Translations under genes and position numbers: made by a program
Shown here: piece by piece, positions 21,573 through 30,357 of the stretch
How positions within the stretch are numbered: position 1 is the first letter of the stretch
Layout: each line of letters opens with the position of its first letter
Source of the DNA: Alphaproteobacteria bacterium
GTDB lineage: Bacteria; Pseudomonadota; Alphaproteobacteria; UBA828
Assembly (NCBI GenBank): GCA_963422645.2
Contig: CAXXVO010000005.1
Coordinates: forward strand, 256,001 to 320,000
Direction: 5' to 3'
Length of the DNA: 64,000 nucleotides
The notes under the pieces: generated by a model
The model's input: only the letters and a program-made list of their open reading frames with translations
Database searches by the model: none
What the model was told of the DNA's origin: nothing

Positions 21573-22340
21573 TTACTCCGCCGCGTCGCGGGCCAGTCCG
21601 GCTGCCGGCAGCGGCTCGTAGCCGACCACGGGCTTCGACGGCGGCTGCTCGTAGGTGATCTTGCTGTGGCTCAGCCCGGCGTCCACCAGGCTCGCGGCCG
21701 TCTTGATCGCCCACGGGATCGGATCGACCACGGGAACGTCGTAGCCCCGGGCAAGCAGCCCCTGGCGCACGGCCTCGGCGCATCCCAGCATGCCGGTGCA
21801 GCCGAAGATGATCGCATCGGCGCCGTCGTCCTCGACCGCGCGGACCGCCTCTTCGACGAGGGCTTCCTTGGTGCGTTCCAGGTCCTGCTCCAGCTCCAGC
21901 ACCGGGATCGAGACCGAACGAACCGAAGCGAGCTTCTCACGCACGCCGTAGATCTGCGCCTGATGCTCGAACTGGGCCCGCAGGCGCTTGAGCACGGTGA
22001 GGACGCTGAAGGTGTGCCCCAGCATCGAGGCCACGTGCATCGCCGCCTCGCAGGGCCCGACCACGGGGATGGAGACGCATTCGCGCCCCGGAAACATGCC
22101 GGGGTCGCCCATGCAATCGATCACCACCGCGTCGCAGCCGTCGCGCTCGGCCTCGACGATCTTGGTGATCGTGCCGGGAACGGCGACGGCCTCGTCGTAC
22201 TTGCACTCGATCGAAGCCGGCCCGGTCTCGATCTCGATGTGGCTGATCGTCAGACCCGGCCGCTCCAGAGCGCGAAACTCGGACTTGTCGCGAAATCCCC
22301 AGGTCGTGATTGGGGTCACCACCCTTACGTCCATTGCCAT
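21573..22340 (-). CDS. Hydantoin/Asp/Glu racemase family protein
   Basis: GPASIE, IDCMGDPG and IFGCTGM (two-cysteine racemase). Confidence 0.9.
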   Translation of the reverse strand: MAMDVRVVTPITTWGFRDKSEFRALERPGLTISHIEIETGPASIECKYDEAVAVPGTITKIVEAERDGCDAVVIDCMGDPGMFPGRECVSIPVVGPCEAAMHVASMLGHTFSVLTVLKRLRAQFEHQAQIYGVREKLASVRSVSIPVLELEQDLERTKEALVEEAVRAVEDDGADAIIFGCTGMLGCAEAVRQGLLARGYDVPVVDPIPWAIKTAASLVDAGLSHSKITYEQPPSKPVVGYEPLPAAGLARDAAE

Positions 22341-22596
22341 CGTCGGGCCCTCCCTTTGCCGTGCTTGTGACCGGAGTACCGCCAGTGCCCGTCTCGTTCA
22401 AGGAAATACGTGGGCGCAAGCCTTCGGGCGGGGTGCGGTCCGGGCGCAAACGCATCGGTGCCGGCGAGGGCTTGGTGCGATTTGATCCGGCCTTGCCGAG
22501 TGTGTATCCATGCCGGCCGCCGTCGCCGGCAGGCGCACGACCGCCCGGCGATCACGCGGCTGCGCTCCTGAGCAACCAACCTCGACGAGTGCGACC

Positions 22597-23286
22597 ATGA
22601 ATGAGAAGCAGCTCGACACCGGGCTCCTGCCCTACCCCCTGCCGCCGTGGAAGCATCGCTTCCGCACCCTCAGCATATTCTGCGAGGTCGACGAGGCGGC
22701 GCTCCGCCCCCGCGTGCCGGCGCCGCTGGAGCTCGCCACCAACGTCGTACAGATCACGGTCATGCACTTCGAAAGCAGGGTGCCGACGCGCCCCTATTAC
22801 GACAGCGCCGTGATCGCCCAGGTGCGCTACGGCGGCGAGATCGGAGGGCACTGGGTGCACGCCTTCACCAGCACCGACCAGGTATGCGCGGGCACCCGCG
22901 AGCTCTGGGGCTTCCGCATGAAGCTCGCGTCCATGGAGCTGCACGTCGACACCAGCCGGATCTGGGGCTTCACCGAGCGCCTGGGCCGGCGCGTGATCGA
23001 GATCGACATGCAGCCCACCGGCCGGGTATTCGAGCCGCTCAAGACCTTCCCCCGCCTCTTCGTGAAGGCGCTGCCCGAGGCGGACCGGCCGGACGCGGTG
23101 AAGCGGCAAGTGGTTCAGCTCCCGGCGGAGACCGAGATCACCGAGACCCTCTGGGGCGAAGGCAGGGTGCGCTTCGAGCCGAGCGACGACGACCCCACCC
23201 ACCTGCTGAAGCCGACCCGCATCCTCGGCGCGAGCCTCGTTTCCGGCAACCAGGTCCTCCCCTGGGGCGTGGTGCTCTCGGAGTAG
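22597..23286 (+). CDS. Acetoacetate decarboxylase-like family protein
   Basis: PYPLPPW and GTRELWGFRMKLA (Schiff-base lysine region). Confidence 0.8.
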   Translation: MNEKQLDTGLLPYPLPPWKHRFRTLSIFCEVDEAALRPRVPAPLELATNVVQITVMHFESRVPTRPYYDSAVIAQVRYGGEIGGHWVHAFTSTDQVCAGTRELWGFRMKLASMELHVDTSRIWGFTERLGRRVIEIDMQPTGRVFEPLKTFPRLFVKALPEADRPDAVKRQVVQLPAETEITETLWGEGRVRFEPSDDDPTHLLKPTRILGASLVSGNQVLPWGVVLSE

Positions 23287-23425
23287 TGGTTTGCAGATAA
23301 TAACTTAGATAGTCCCGCCTCCCCCTGCCACCGTCCCCAAAGGCGGAGGGGGAACGCAGGGGGCGCCGCCCGTTCTCCCTCTCCGCCCCTGGGGGCGGAG
23401 AGGGCCGGGGTGAGGTGGGGGGCGG
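23284..23425. repeat. Palindromic GC-rich intergenic repeat, possibly a MITE fragment
   Basis: AT-rich end TAGTGGTTTGCAGATAATAAC followed by the hairpin CCCTCTCCGCCCC-T-GGGGGCGGAGAGGG and GGGGTGAGG, a motif type common in Alphaproteobacteria. Confidence 0.5.
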
Positions 23426-23545
23426 TCGCGCCGTCCAATGGCATTCATTTGGCGCGAAGATTGTTCCGGGGTTTTTTTGGTGGTGTCGTAACGAGTTGAT
23501 TTCTTGTGTGGATTGTCGGTCTCGGCGTTTCCCGCACGAGGGGGA

Positions 23546-23574
23546 TTGACCGGCGGCGTGTGCTTTGGCACACT
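23546..23574 (+). promoter_or_regulatory. Putative sigma70 promoter of the IS4-type transposase
   Basis: TTGACC-17 bp-CACACT, 31 bp upstream of the ATG at 23606. Confidence 0.5.
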
Positions 23575-23605
23575 GTGGCTGTCCCCCTGTCAGTGGAGCC
23601 GGCCC

Positions 23606-24323
23606 ATGGACCCCCGCATCACCGCGCTGAAGTCGACGACCTTTTTCGGCAGACGTCTGACCCGCCGGCAGATTGCCGACATCCAGGAGACGGTGGCGCT
23701 GTTTCCGGCGATCAGCCGCAACGAGCTCGGGCACACGATCTGCGAGCATTTGAACTGGCGCGCGCCGAGCGGGCGGAACCGTGTCGCGGTCTGCCTGCGG
23801 ATGCTGGAGGAGTTGGAGCGGCTGGGCATCCTGACCCTGCCGGCGCGGGACGAGGCGCAGGTGCGGGGGCCGCAGGAGGCGATGGCCCGGAGCGAGCGGA
23901 CGGCGCCGGCCGCGGCGATCGCGGAGGACCTGGCCGCGCTGATGCCGCTGCGCCTGTCGATTGCGGCGGGCAAGGAGGAGGGCGGGCTGTGGAACGAGTT
24001 CGTCGCGCGCCACCACTATCTCGGGCTGCATCGTCTGGTCGGCGCGCATCTGCGCTATTTTCTCCTGGACCGCCACGGGCGGCCTCTGGGCTGCCTTCTG
24101 TTTGCCCGGGCGTCGCGCGCGGTGCCCTGCCGCGACGAGTGGATCGGGTGGCCGGCGGAAGGCTTCCGCAAGCACCTCGATCTGGTCGTGGGTCACACGC
24201 GTTTCCTGATCTTTCCCTGGGTCCGGGTCGACAACCTGGCGTCGAAAGCGCTGTCGATGGCGCTGCGCCAGCTGCCCGGCGACTGGGAGGCGCGCTTCGG
24301 AGCGCGCCCGGTTCTGGTGGAGA
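23606..24323 (+). pseudogene. DUF4338-DDE transposase, 5' part (HTH plus DUF4338-like domain)
   Basis: SRNELGHTICEHLNW, LWNEFVARHHYLG, RDEWIGW, RFLIFPWVRVDNLAS and RPVLVE| ending at the insertion core. Confidence 0.88.
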
Positions 24324-24512
24324 TGAAGGCTTCATAATGCTTCTCCGTTGTGCAGGTGGGCGGGCGTTTCTACCGCATTGATAGAAAAGGCGGTTTGGAT
24401 TCCGTTGTTGCCGCCGCGGCGACCTTTACATCGTGCCGGACGTGATTTTCCAGTATCGCACGTTGGAGGTGCGGATCTGCATCGGGCGTTTTGCCTGACG
24501 GTCCGGGCATGG

Positions 24513-26693
24513 TCACCCCCCATCACCGTTGAGCCCGCGCAGCAGCGGCAGTTCGTCCTCGACCGGCAAACGCACATACAGTCCGCGCGTCTTGCCGCGG
24601 GTCACATGGCAGCTGTCCAGCCTGCCCGCCTTGATCCGTTCCCAGACCGTCTGCCGCGTGACACCCAGACGATCCATTGCCACAGCGAGGGGAACAAACC
24701 CCTCCGGAGGCGCCTCACGAAAGCGCTCGCGCAAGGTCGGGGTCATCCGGATCCGAAGAGGAGCACCTTCGATATCGGGCTGGGCAACCGGAACCAGCCC
24801 CTCGCGGATCCAGCGATAGATGGTGTCATCCGAGACTCCGATCTCCTTCGCCACATCGGCAACGCCCATGAGCACCGGCTCGTCCCCGTCGGGCTGGTAG
24901 GGCGCAATGCCATGGCGGCGACGCAGGCTGCCAACAAGCTCGGCCGTGAAATCCAGACCCCGTGCTGTGCGCCGTCCCTGGCGGGTGAGAACCTTCGCGG
25001 TCTCCCGGTCGTTGTAAAAGCATGACAGCTTGCGCACGAGCTCGACCGTGCTGCGCTCATCGCGCCGGGGTGTCGGAGAGCCCGCGAGCATCGGCAAAGT
25101 GATCTCGTCGATCTGCCCGCCACGCCAGCGCAATGTTGCCATGATCTCACGCTCCTGTCGCGCAAGCTCGATCGTCACCTCGTCGAGGAGGCAGGCGAGC
25201 AGGCGCTTGCGCTCGCGCATGGTCGTCGACGACGCCCCCCAGACCTGCGACAGGCGCGCGCCGAGACCCTCGAAAACCGCCGGGGCAGGGGCCGCGGGCT
25301 GACGCGCCCGTGCCGCCTCAAGCGCTTCCTGTGCAGCCTTCTCGGCGCGAAGCGCCTTCTCCCACTCGCGCTCCAGCGTTGCCGCAATCAGACGGTTGTC
25401 GGGATCGACCTGCTTGTAGCGCCGCTCGGCAAGCCGCGCCTCGTACCGGCAGTGCTCAAGATCCAGCTCCCAACGGCGCAACGCGCGCAGGCCGCGTTCA
25501 GCAACATCACAAGCCGCCTGCCGGGCCGCCTCCACCCCCGCCGGCGTGACCGCATCGAGAAACAGACGGGCAACTTCCGCATCAACGCGCTTGCCGCCTG
25601 TCGACCAACAACCGCCGCGCCGGCGCGCAGCATCGCGCTTGCGGCACTCATACCCCCAGCCCGTCTTGCTGTAGTAGACGGTCATCGGCAATCCGCAGCC
25701 GCCGCAGACCGCGAGACCCTGGAGCAGAGCCGACCCTTCCCGCGCCGCGCCGCGGGCTCCGTCCGGAGCCATGTGGTTGCGGGCCAGCTGCTCCTGTACT
25801 TCAAGCCATTCTGCCCAACTGACATATCCCTCATGCTTCTCCGGCTGAAGAATATCCCAGCGCTCCTGGACCGGCCGCAGCGGCGCACCGTGACCAACGC
25901 CGCGTTTGAAGCCGTAGGCATAGGCGCCGCCCATCGCCGGGTTGGTGAGGATGCGGTACACCCGTTCATAGCGCGCCGGGCCCCATTCCAATGCTGCCCC
26001 CGGGTGCCGGCGAGAGGGAACATCCTCGCCCGCCTCACGCAGCAGCATCGTCGCCTGGCGGGCCGAACCGGCTTGCCGAAAACGCGCAAAGACCGTTGCA
26101 ATCGCCGCCTGAACCCGGGCATCCGGATCCTTCCGCAAAGTCGAGCCATCCCGCACAAATCCGATCGGAACGCGCGAGTACAACTCGCCACGAAGCGCCT
26201 TGTTCCGCTTTCCGCCCTCCATCCGGGCGCGAATAAGAGACAGCTCAGCGGCGCTCACGGTTCCCTTGATCCCCAGGACAAGGGAGTCGTCGTCCCGGCT
26301 CGGGCAGTAGATGTGGCAGTCCTCAACCAGAACCGTGTCGTGCCTGCGACATAGATCGAGAAGCTGAAACCATTCCATCGTGTTCCTGGCGAGCCGCGAA
26401 ACCTCAATCCCGAAGATGCCCCCGACATGGTCCCGGGCGATCAGGTCGCACATCTCCCGAAAGCCGCCACGCTCGCCGCGCGCCTTCTCGCTTGCGCTCT
26501 CGCCAAGATCGGCGTCGATCGTCCGTATCCGCTCGGCCGGCCAGCCAATCTCCCGGGCACGCTCGCCAAGCGCGTATTGGCGCAGCTGCGATTCCTGGTG
26601 CGCGTTCACTTGCAAGGGTGTCGACTGGCGAACGTAGACAACTGCAAGACGCTCAAGATGACGCTGGGTGATCTTCGACGGATCGACCGTCAT
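24513..26693 (-). CDS. Large serine recombinase with zinc ribbon and C-terminal HTH domains
   Basis: VYVRQST (catalytic Ser), DLGES, EVSRLAR, LTNPAMGGAY, CGGCG...YEC...C, VDPDNRLIAATLEREW and two terminal HTH-like segments; GGGAGG RBS. Confidence 0.95.
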   Translation of the reverse strand: MTVDPSKITQRHLERLAVVYVRQSTPLQVNAHQESQLRQYALGERAREIGWPAERIRTIDADLGESASEKARGERGGFREMCDLIARDHVGGIFGIEVSRLARNTMEWFQLLDLCRRHDTVLVEDCHIYCPSRDDDSLVLGIKGTVSAAELSLIRARMEGGKRNKALRGELYSRVPIGFVRDGSTLRKDPDARVQAAIATVFARFRQAGSARQATMLLREAGEDVPSRRHPGAALEWGPARYERVYRILTNPAMGGAYAYGFKRGVGHGAPLRPVQERWDILQPEKHEGYVSWAEWLEVQEQLARNHMAPDGARGAAREGSALLQGLAVCGGCGLPMTVYYSKTGWGYECRKRDAARRRGGCWSTGGKRVDAEVARLFLDAVTPAGVEAARQAACDVAERGLRALRRWELDLEHCRYEARLAERRYKQVDPDNRLIAATLEREWEKALRAEKAAQEALEAARARQPAAPAPAVFEGLGARLSQVWGASSTTMRERKRLLACLLDEVTIELARQEREIMATLRWRGGQIDEITLPMLAGSPTPRRDERSTVELVRKLSCFYNDRETAKVLTRQGRRTARGLDFTAELVGSLRRRHGIAPYQPDGDEPVLMGVADVAKEIGVSDDTIYRWIREGLVPVAQPDIEGAPLRIRMTPTLRERFREAPPEGFVPLAVAMDRLGVTRQTVWERIKAGRLDSCHVTRGKTRGLYVRLPVEDELPLLRGLNGDGG

Positions 26694-26844
26694 CGGCCGC
26701 CTCCCGATCCGCAATCCGAACCATCAGATCGGCCAGACCCTGCACGACGCGATCCCGGTCCGGAGCCGGAAACGCCAGCCACCGGTCCCGGCGCTCCTCC
26801 CACTCCATCAGCGCGATCAGCGCCAACTCCTGCTCCGCATCCAT
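26653..26844 (-). CDS. Small helical hypothetical protein upstream of the recombinase (candidate accessory or directionality factor)
   Basis: 63-aa ORF with WLAFPAPDRDRVVQGLADLM, overlapping the recombinase start. Confidence 0.55.
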   Translation of the reverse strand: MDAEQELALIALMEWEERRDRWLAFPAPDRDRVVQGLADLMVRIADREAADDGRSVEDHPASS

Positions 26845-27148
26845 CGCGCCTGAGTTCCCTCTCATCAAGGTCATTCAGAAGATTAAGGAGGGTGAGGAAA
26901 TCAGACAACTCTCCGATCAGGCGTGGTGCATCCTCGGGACGGGCTCCAAGGCTCGTCCATGCCGCTGGTATCCAACAACAGCTGCCGTCCGGCATCCGAA
27001 CCTTCAGAGTCCGGCCCCCGTAACCTCCTTTGCGCCGATCGAGAATCTCGATCGCCTCACCGTCGAAAGGATGCTTGTAGCGTCGAATGCGAACGGGCTC
27101 AGGAGCCTCGGAAGCCTGCAAGATAGTAGTCTGTGACGTTCGTGGAGA
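26690..27148 (-). CDS. DUF5372 (Y4bD-like) small protein whose start codon lies at the opposite end of the element (24335)
   Basis: HPFDGEAIEIL...PDGSCCWIPAAWTSL motif; no RBS-ATG inside the integrated right end; in frame with ATG 24335 after circularisation. Confidence 0.7.
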   Translation of the reverse strand, partial: SPRTSQTTILQASEAPEPVRIRRYKHPFDGEAIEILDRRKGGYGGRTLKVRMPDGSCCWIPAAWTSLGARPEDAPRLIGELSDFLTLLNLLNDLDERELRRDGCGAGVGADRADGVGGAPGPVAGVSGSGPGSRRAGSGRSDGSDCGSGGGR

Positions 27149-28644
27149 CCTTCGTGGACCCCAGCCTCTTCGACGGCGCCTGCTACCGCGCGGCCAACTG
27201 GCGCTGTCTCGGCGAGACCGGGGGCGGCAAGGGCAAGACCCGCAAAAGCGTCTACGTCTACCCGCTGACGCCGGACTTCCGCTCGATCCTGCTCGAAGGC
27301 CCGCGGCCGGCGCGGCGCGGGAACAGGACACGGCCGGCAGCGCTGGCGCCGGACGATCCCTTCGTGGCGCTGTGGCAGGACCTGATCGGCGCACTGGCGG
27401 CGGTGGCCGCCGATCACGACCGGGTGTGGCAGAGCCGCCGGCGGGTCCTCGACACCCTTCTCGTCATGCTCTTCATCTTCCGGCTGGCGTTCTCGAACGG
27501 CCGCGCGGGCTACGCCACGACGCTGGCCGGGCTGTGGGAGCAGTGCCGGGTCCTGGGCGTCGCACTGCCGCAGCCGGCGCCGGTCTCGGCCTCGGCGATG
27601 TGCATGGCGCGGGCCAAGGTCGACGAGGCGGTGTTCAAGACGCTGCACGCCGAGATCCTCAAGCGCGCCGACGGCCCGGCCTGGAAGGGCCACCGCGTGT
27701 TCGCGGTCGACGGCTCCAAGCTCAACCTGCCGCGGCCGCTGCTCAAGGCCGGCTACCGCACGCCCTCCGAGGCGGCCCACTACCCGCAGGGCCTGCTGAG
27801 TTGCCTCTACCGGCTGCACGCGAACATCCCGGTGGACTTCGACCTGGTCGCGCACGGCGACGAAAGAAGGGCCGCCCTCGCCCACCTCAAGGCGCTCTCG
27901 GCCAACGACATCGTGGTCTATGACCGCGGCTACTACTCTTGGGAGATGCTGCACGCCCATGTCGCCCGCGGCCTGCACCCCGTGTTCCGGATCAAGAAGA
28001 AGGCAGGCGCCGCCCTCGACGCCTTCATCGCCGACGGCCGCACGGACGCGCCGATCACCGTCGCTCCCGGAAAGGACACCCTGAGAAAGCTGCGCCGCAA
28101 GACGCCGCACGTCGACGCCACCCCGCTGCGCCTGCGACTGGTCCGCTACCGCATCGGCAGCACGGTCTTCATCCTCGCCACCACCCTCCTCGACCCCAAG
28201 GCCTGGAGCGTCGCGGAACTGGCCGAGCTCTATCACGCGCGCTGGGGAATCGAGGAACTCTACAAGACCTCGAAACAGGCCATGGCCGTCGAGGCCTTCC
28301 ACAGCCAGACCGAGCGCGGCGTCCGCCAGGAGCTCTTCGCCCACTTCAACCTCATCGCCATGACCCGGCTCTTCACCAACCGCAGCAACGCAAGCCTCGA
28401 CGCCGAGCGCCCTGCCGACGGCAAGCCGGCGATGAAAGCCAACTTCAGCAACGGCCTCGCCACCGTCGCGCGCAACCTCGAAGCGCTGCTGCTGCGCCAT
28501 ACGGCGATGGTCGCCGAAACCCTCAGCCATGTCCTCTCCTGCATCAACCAGGCGCGTCAGCGCCCGCACCCCGGCCGGTCCTGCGAACGCAGGTCGCGCA
28601 AACCCCGCGGCAAGTGGGCACGCGCAAAGCGGGCCGTCGCCTGA
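27149..28644 (+). pseudogene. DUF4338-DDE transposase, 3' part (IS4-type DDE domain)
   Basis: TFVDP...GACYRAANW, FAVDGS, VYDRGY and YHARWGIEELYK (YREK signature). Confidence 0.9.
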
Positions 28645-28735
28645 ACACCTGAACGACAGAAACGCACGCAACCGACAGCGCAAGAACACGACTCCTTAAG
28701 TGAACAGTCGAAAACCGCTAAGTGAATGCCATTGG

Positions 28736-29343
28736 TCGGCGCCCAGGGTGTCGATCCCGCCCGCGAGCGTGACGAGTTCCGGCACCCAATTGCCGGCTGT
28801 CATGGGCGGGTCGCTCCATTCAACGGTGAGCACTCGCTTGGGCGGAAGCGCCTTGGCACGTTCGGCAATCGCGGCCACCCGGGCAAGCAAGCCCGCGCTA
28901 ACCGGTTGGGCATTGACGCCGAGGGCGTCACCCACGCGCGCGATATCGTCCCAGACGTCGCCGAGGCGCATCGGCGCGAGCGAGACGATCTGCACCGGTG
29001 CTTTCAGGAACTCTGCGGCTGCGGCCTCGACTTCGGGCAGGCCCACCGCGCAGACGTCGCACTGGTCCTGGGTGACGATGTGGCTCGGGCGCGCGGCGCG
29101 CAGGATCCCGGTATCGAGGTCGTAGAGGCTGAGCGCTGCGGCGAGCAGCTTGCCCACCTCCTCGTGAATCGCGCCGCTCGGCTTGCTCGCGTCAATCCTG
29201 GCGCGGGTGCAGGCCGGCGCCTCGGCAACCTCGGGCGGCCAGTCGCACTCGTGGCTGCGGTCGACGATGCTGTCCGCGAGCCCGAGCGCCGCGACGATCT
29301 CGGTCGCGCTCGGCACCAGCGAGGCGATGCGGAATGCGCTCAC
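28736..29343 (-). pseudogene. Cobalamin/iron-siderophore-type periplasmic binding protein (BtuF-like), C-terminus cut at the IS end
   Basis: RIASLVPSATEIVAALG, SHECDWP, TQDQCDVC, EWSDPPMTAGNWVPEL; the frame runs into the TIR. Confidence 0.8.
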
Positions 29344-29350
29344 GACACTC

Positions 29351-29890
29351 TTACGGCTTGATCGTCATCGGCAGGCCGGCGGCGACGAAGACCACCCGCT
29401 CGGCGGCCTGGGCCACGGCCTGGTTGAGCCGCCCGGCATGGTCGCGGAAGGCGCGTGCCGCGGCGTTCTCCGGCACGATGCCGAGGCCGACCTCGTTGGA
29501 GACCAGCACCGTGCGCCCTTCGAGCCGGCCGAGGCAGGCGGTGAGGCGCTGGGTCTCGGCAGCGACGTCGCGGCCGGCCTCCATGATGTTGCTGAGCCAG
29601 AGGGTGAGGCAGTCCACCAGCAGCGCGGCGCCGGGGCGGCTCTCGGCCTCCAGCGTCTCCGGGAGCGCGAGCGGCGCCTCGACCGTGCGCCAGCCGGGCC
29701 CGCGCCGGGCGCGGTGCGCCGCGATCCGCTCTGCCATCTCGGCATCGCGGGGCTCGGCGGTGGCGATGTAGAGCCGGGGGCCGGCGTGATCGCCCAGCAG
29801 CGCCTCCGCATGGGCGCTCTTGCCCGAGCGGGCGCCGCCGAGAACGAGGGTGATGCGCGCCGGAGACGGCGCCTGGTCGAGACCCGCCAT
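29351..29890 (-). CDS. cobU: Adenosylcobinamide kinase / cobinamide-phosphate guanylyltransferase
   Basis: LVLGGARSGKS, YIATA, VDCLTLWLSN, VSNEVGLGIVP and FRDHAGRLNQ. Confidence 0.96.
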   Translation of the reverse strand: MAGLDQAPSPARITLVLGGARSGKSAHAEALLGDHAGPRLYIATAEPRDAEMAERIAAHRARRGPGWRTVEAPLALPETLEAESRPGAALLVDCLTLWLSNIMEAGRDVAAETQRLTACLGRLEGRTVLVSNEVGLGIVPENAAARAFRDHAGRLNQAVAQAAERVVFVAAGLPMTIKP

Positions 29891-29924
29891 GATCCTCCCT
29901 CCGAGGACGTTGCAGCCCTGCCGC

Positions 29925-30120
29925 GCAGCCGGTCTCCTGGCTCGGGGTCGTCGACGGAACCCGGCCTTCCCGATCCCTCCGGATCAGTGGCCCGCGCGAA
30001 GCGCACTGGTTCCGTCTCGCCGCTTACAGTTGCGGGGGCAGCGCCGGACTGGCCCGTACCTTCCTCCAGAGCGGGCGTCACCGGCTTCCCACGCTGCGTG
30101 ACGTGTGCACGCTACCACGG
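29925..30120 (-). promoter_or_regulatory. Cobalamin riboswitch
   Basis: Minus strand reads GGGAAGCCGGTG...CCGGCGCTGCCCCCGCAACTGTAAGC...GCCACTG...GGGAAGGC...GAGCCAGGAGACCGGC (B12 box) upstream of cobU; boundaries approximate. Confidence 0.93.
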
Positions 30121-30357
30121 ACTCCTCTCAACGGCCATGGTCCGCGGGGCACGGGTGACGTACGCGATTGTGTGTCAGGCGGGAAGGGGGTACCTCTATG
30201 CGCTCTCATTGGATAGTTCGCTGATATAGCGGCGATAATTTATCCGGTCGCCACGAAGATCCCCTTGCATCGAAGACACGGCTCCGCTTGATTGAGGTGT
30301 CAACGGCGGCGCATTCTCGTGCCGGCGCGGCGGCAAGCGCATGGGAAGGAGAGGCCG

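Larger units (their letters stand above)
24317..27148 (-). mobile_element. Compact serine-recombinase integrative element (2,825-bp circle) inserted in the DUF4338 V-E-T codons
   Basis: Direct repeat GTGGAGA at 24317-24323 and 27142-27148; removal restores PVLVETFVDP in frame. Confidence 0.92.
23435..28735 (+). mobile_element. IS4-type insertion sequence with a DUF4338-DDE transposase, interrupted by a serine-recombinase element
   Basis: TIRs CCAATGGCATTCATTTGGCG (23435) and CGCTAAGTGAATGCCATTGG (ends 28735); no TSD. Confidence 0.88.

Noticed and set aside
23606-24323. DUF4338 as part of a Druantia defence system
   Set aside because: There is no DruE helicase or other dru gene, and the domain is part of a TIR-bounded transposase.
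24336-24512. Bridge-RNA-like guide for the recombinase element
   Set aside because: Only 5-6 nt chance-level matches to attB or attP were seen, and the enzyme is a serine recombinase rather than a DEDD IS110 protein.
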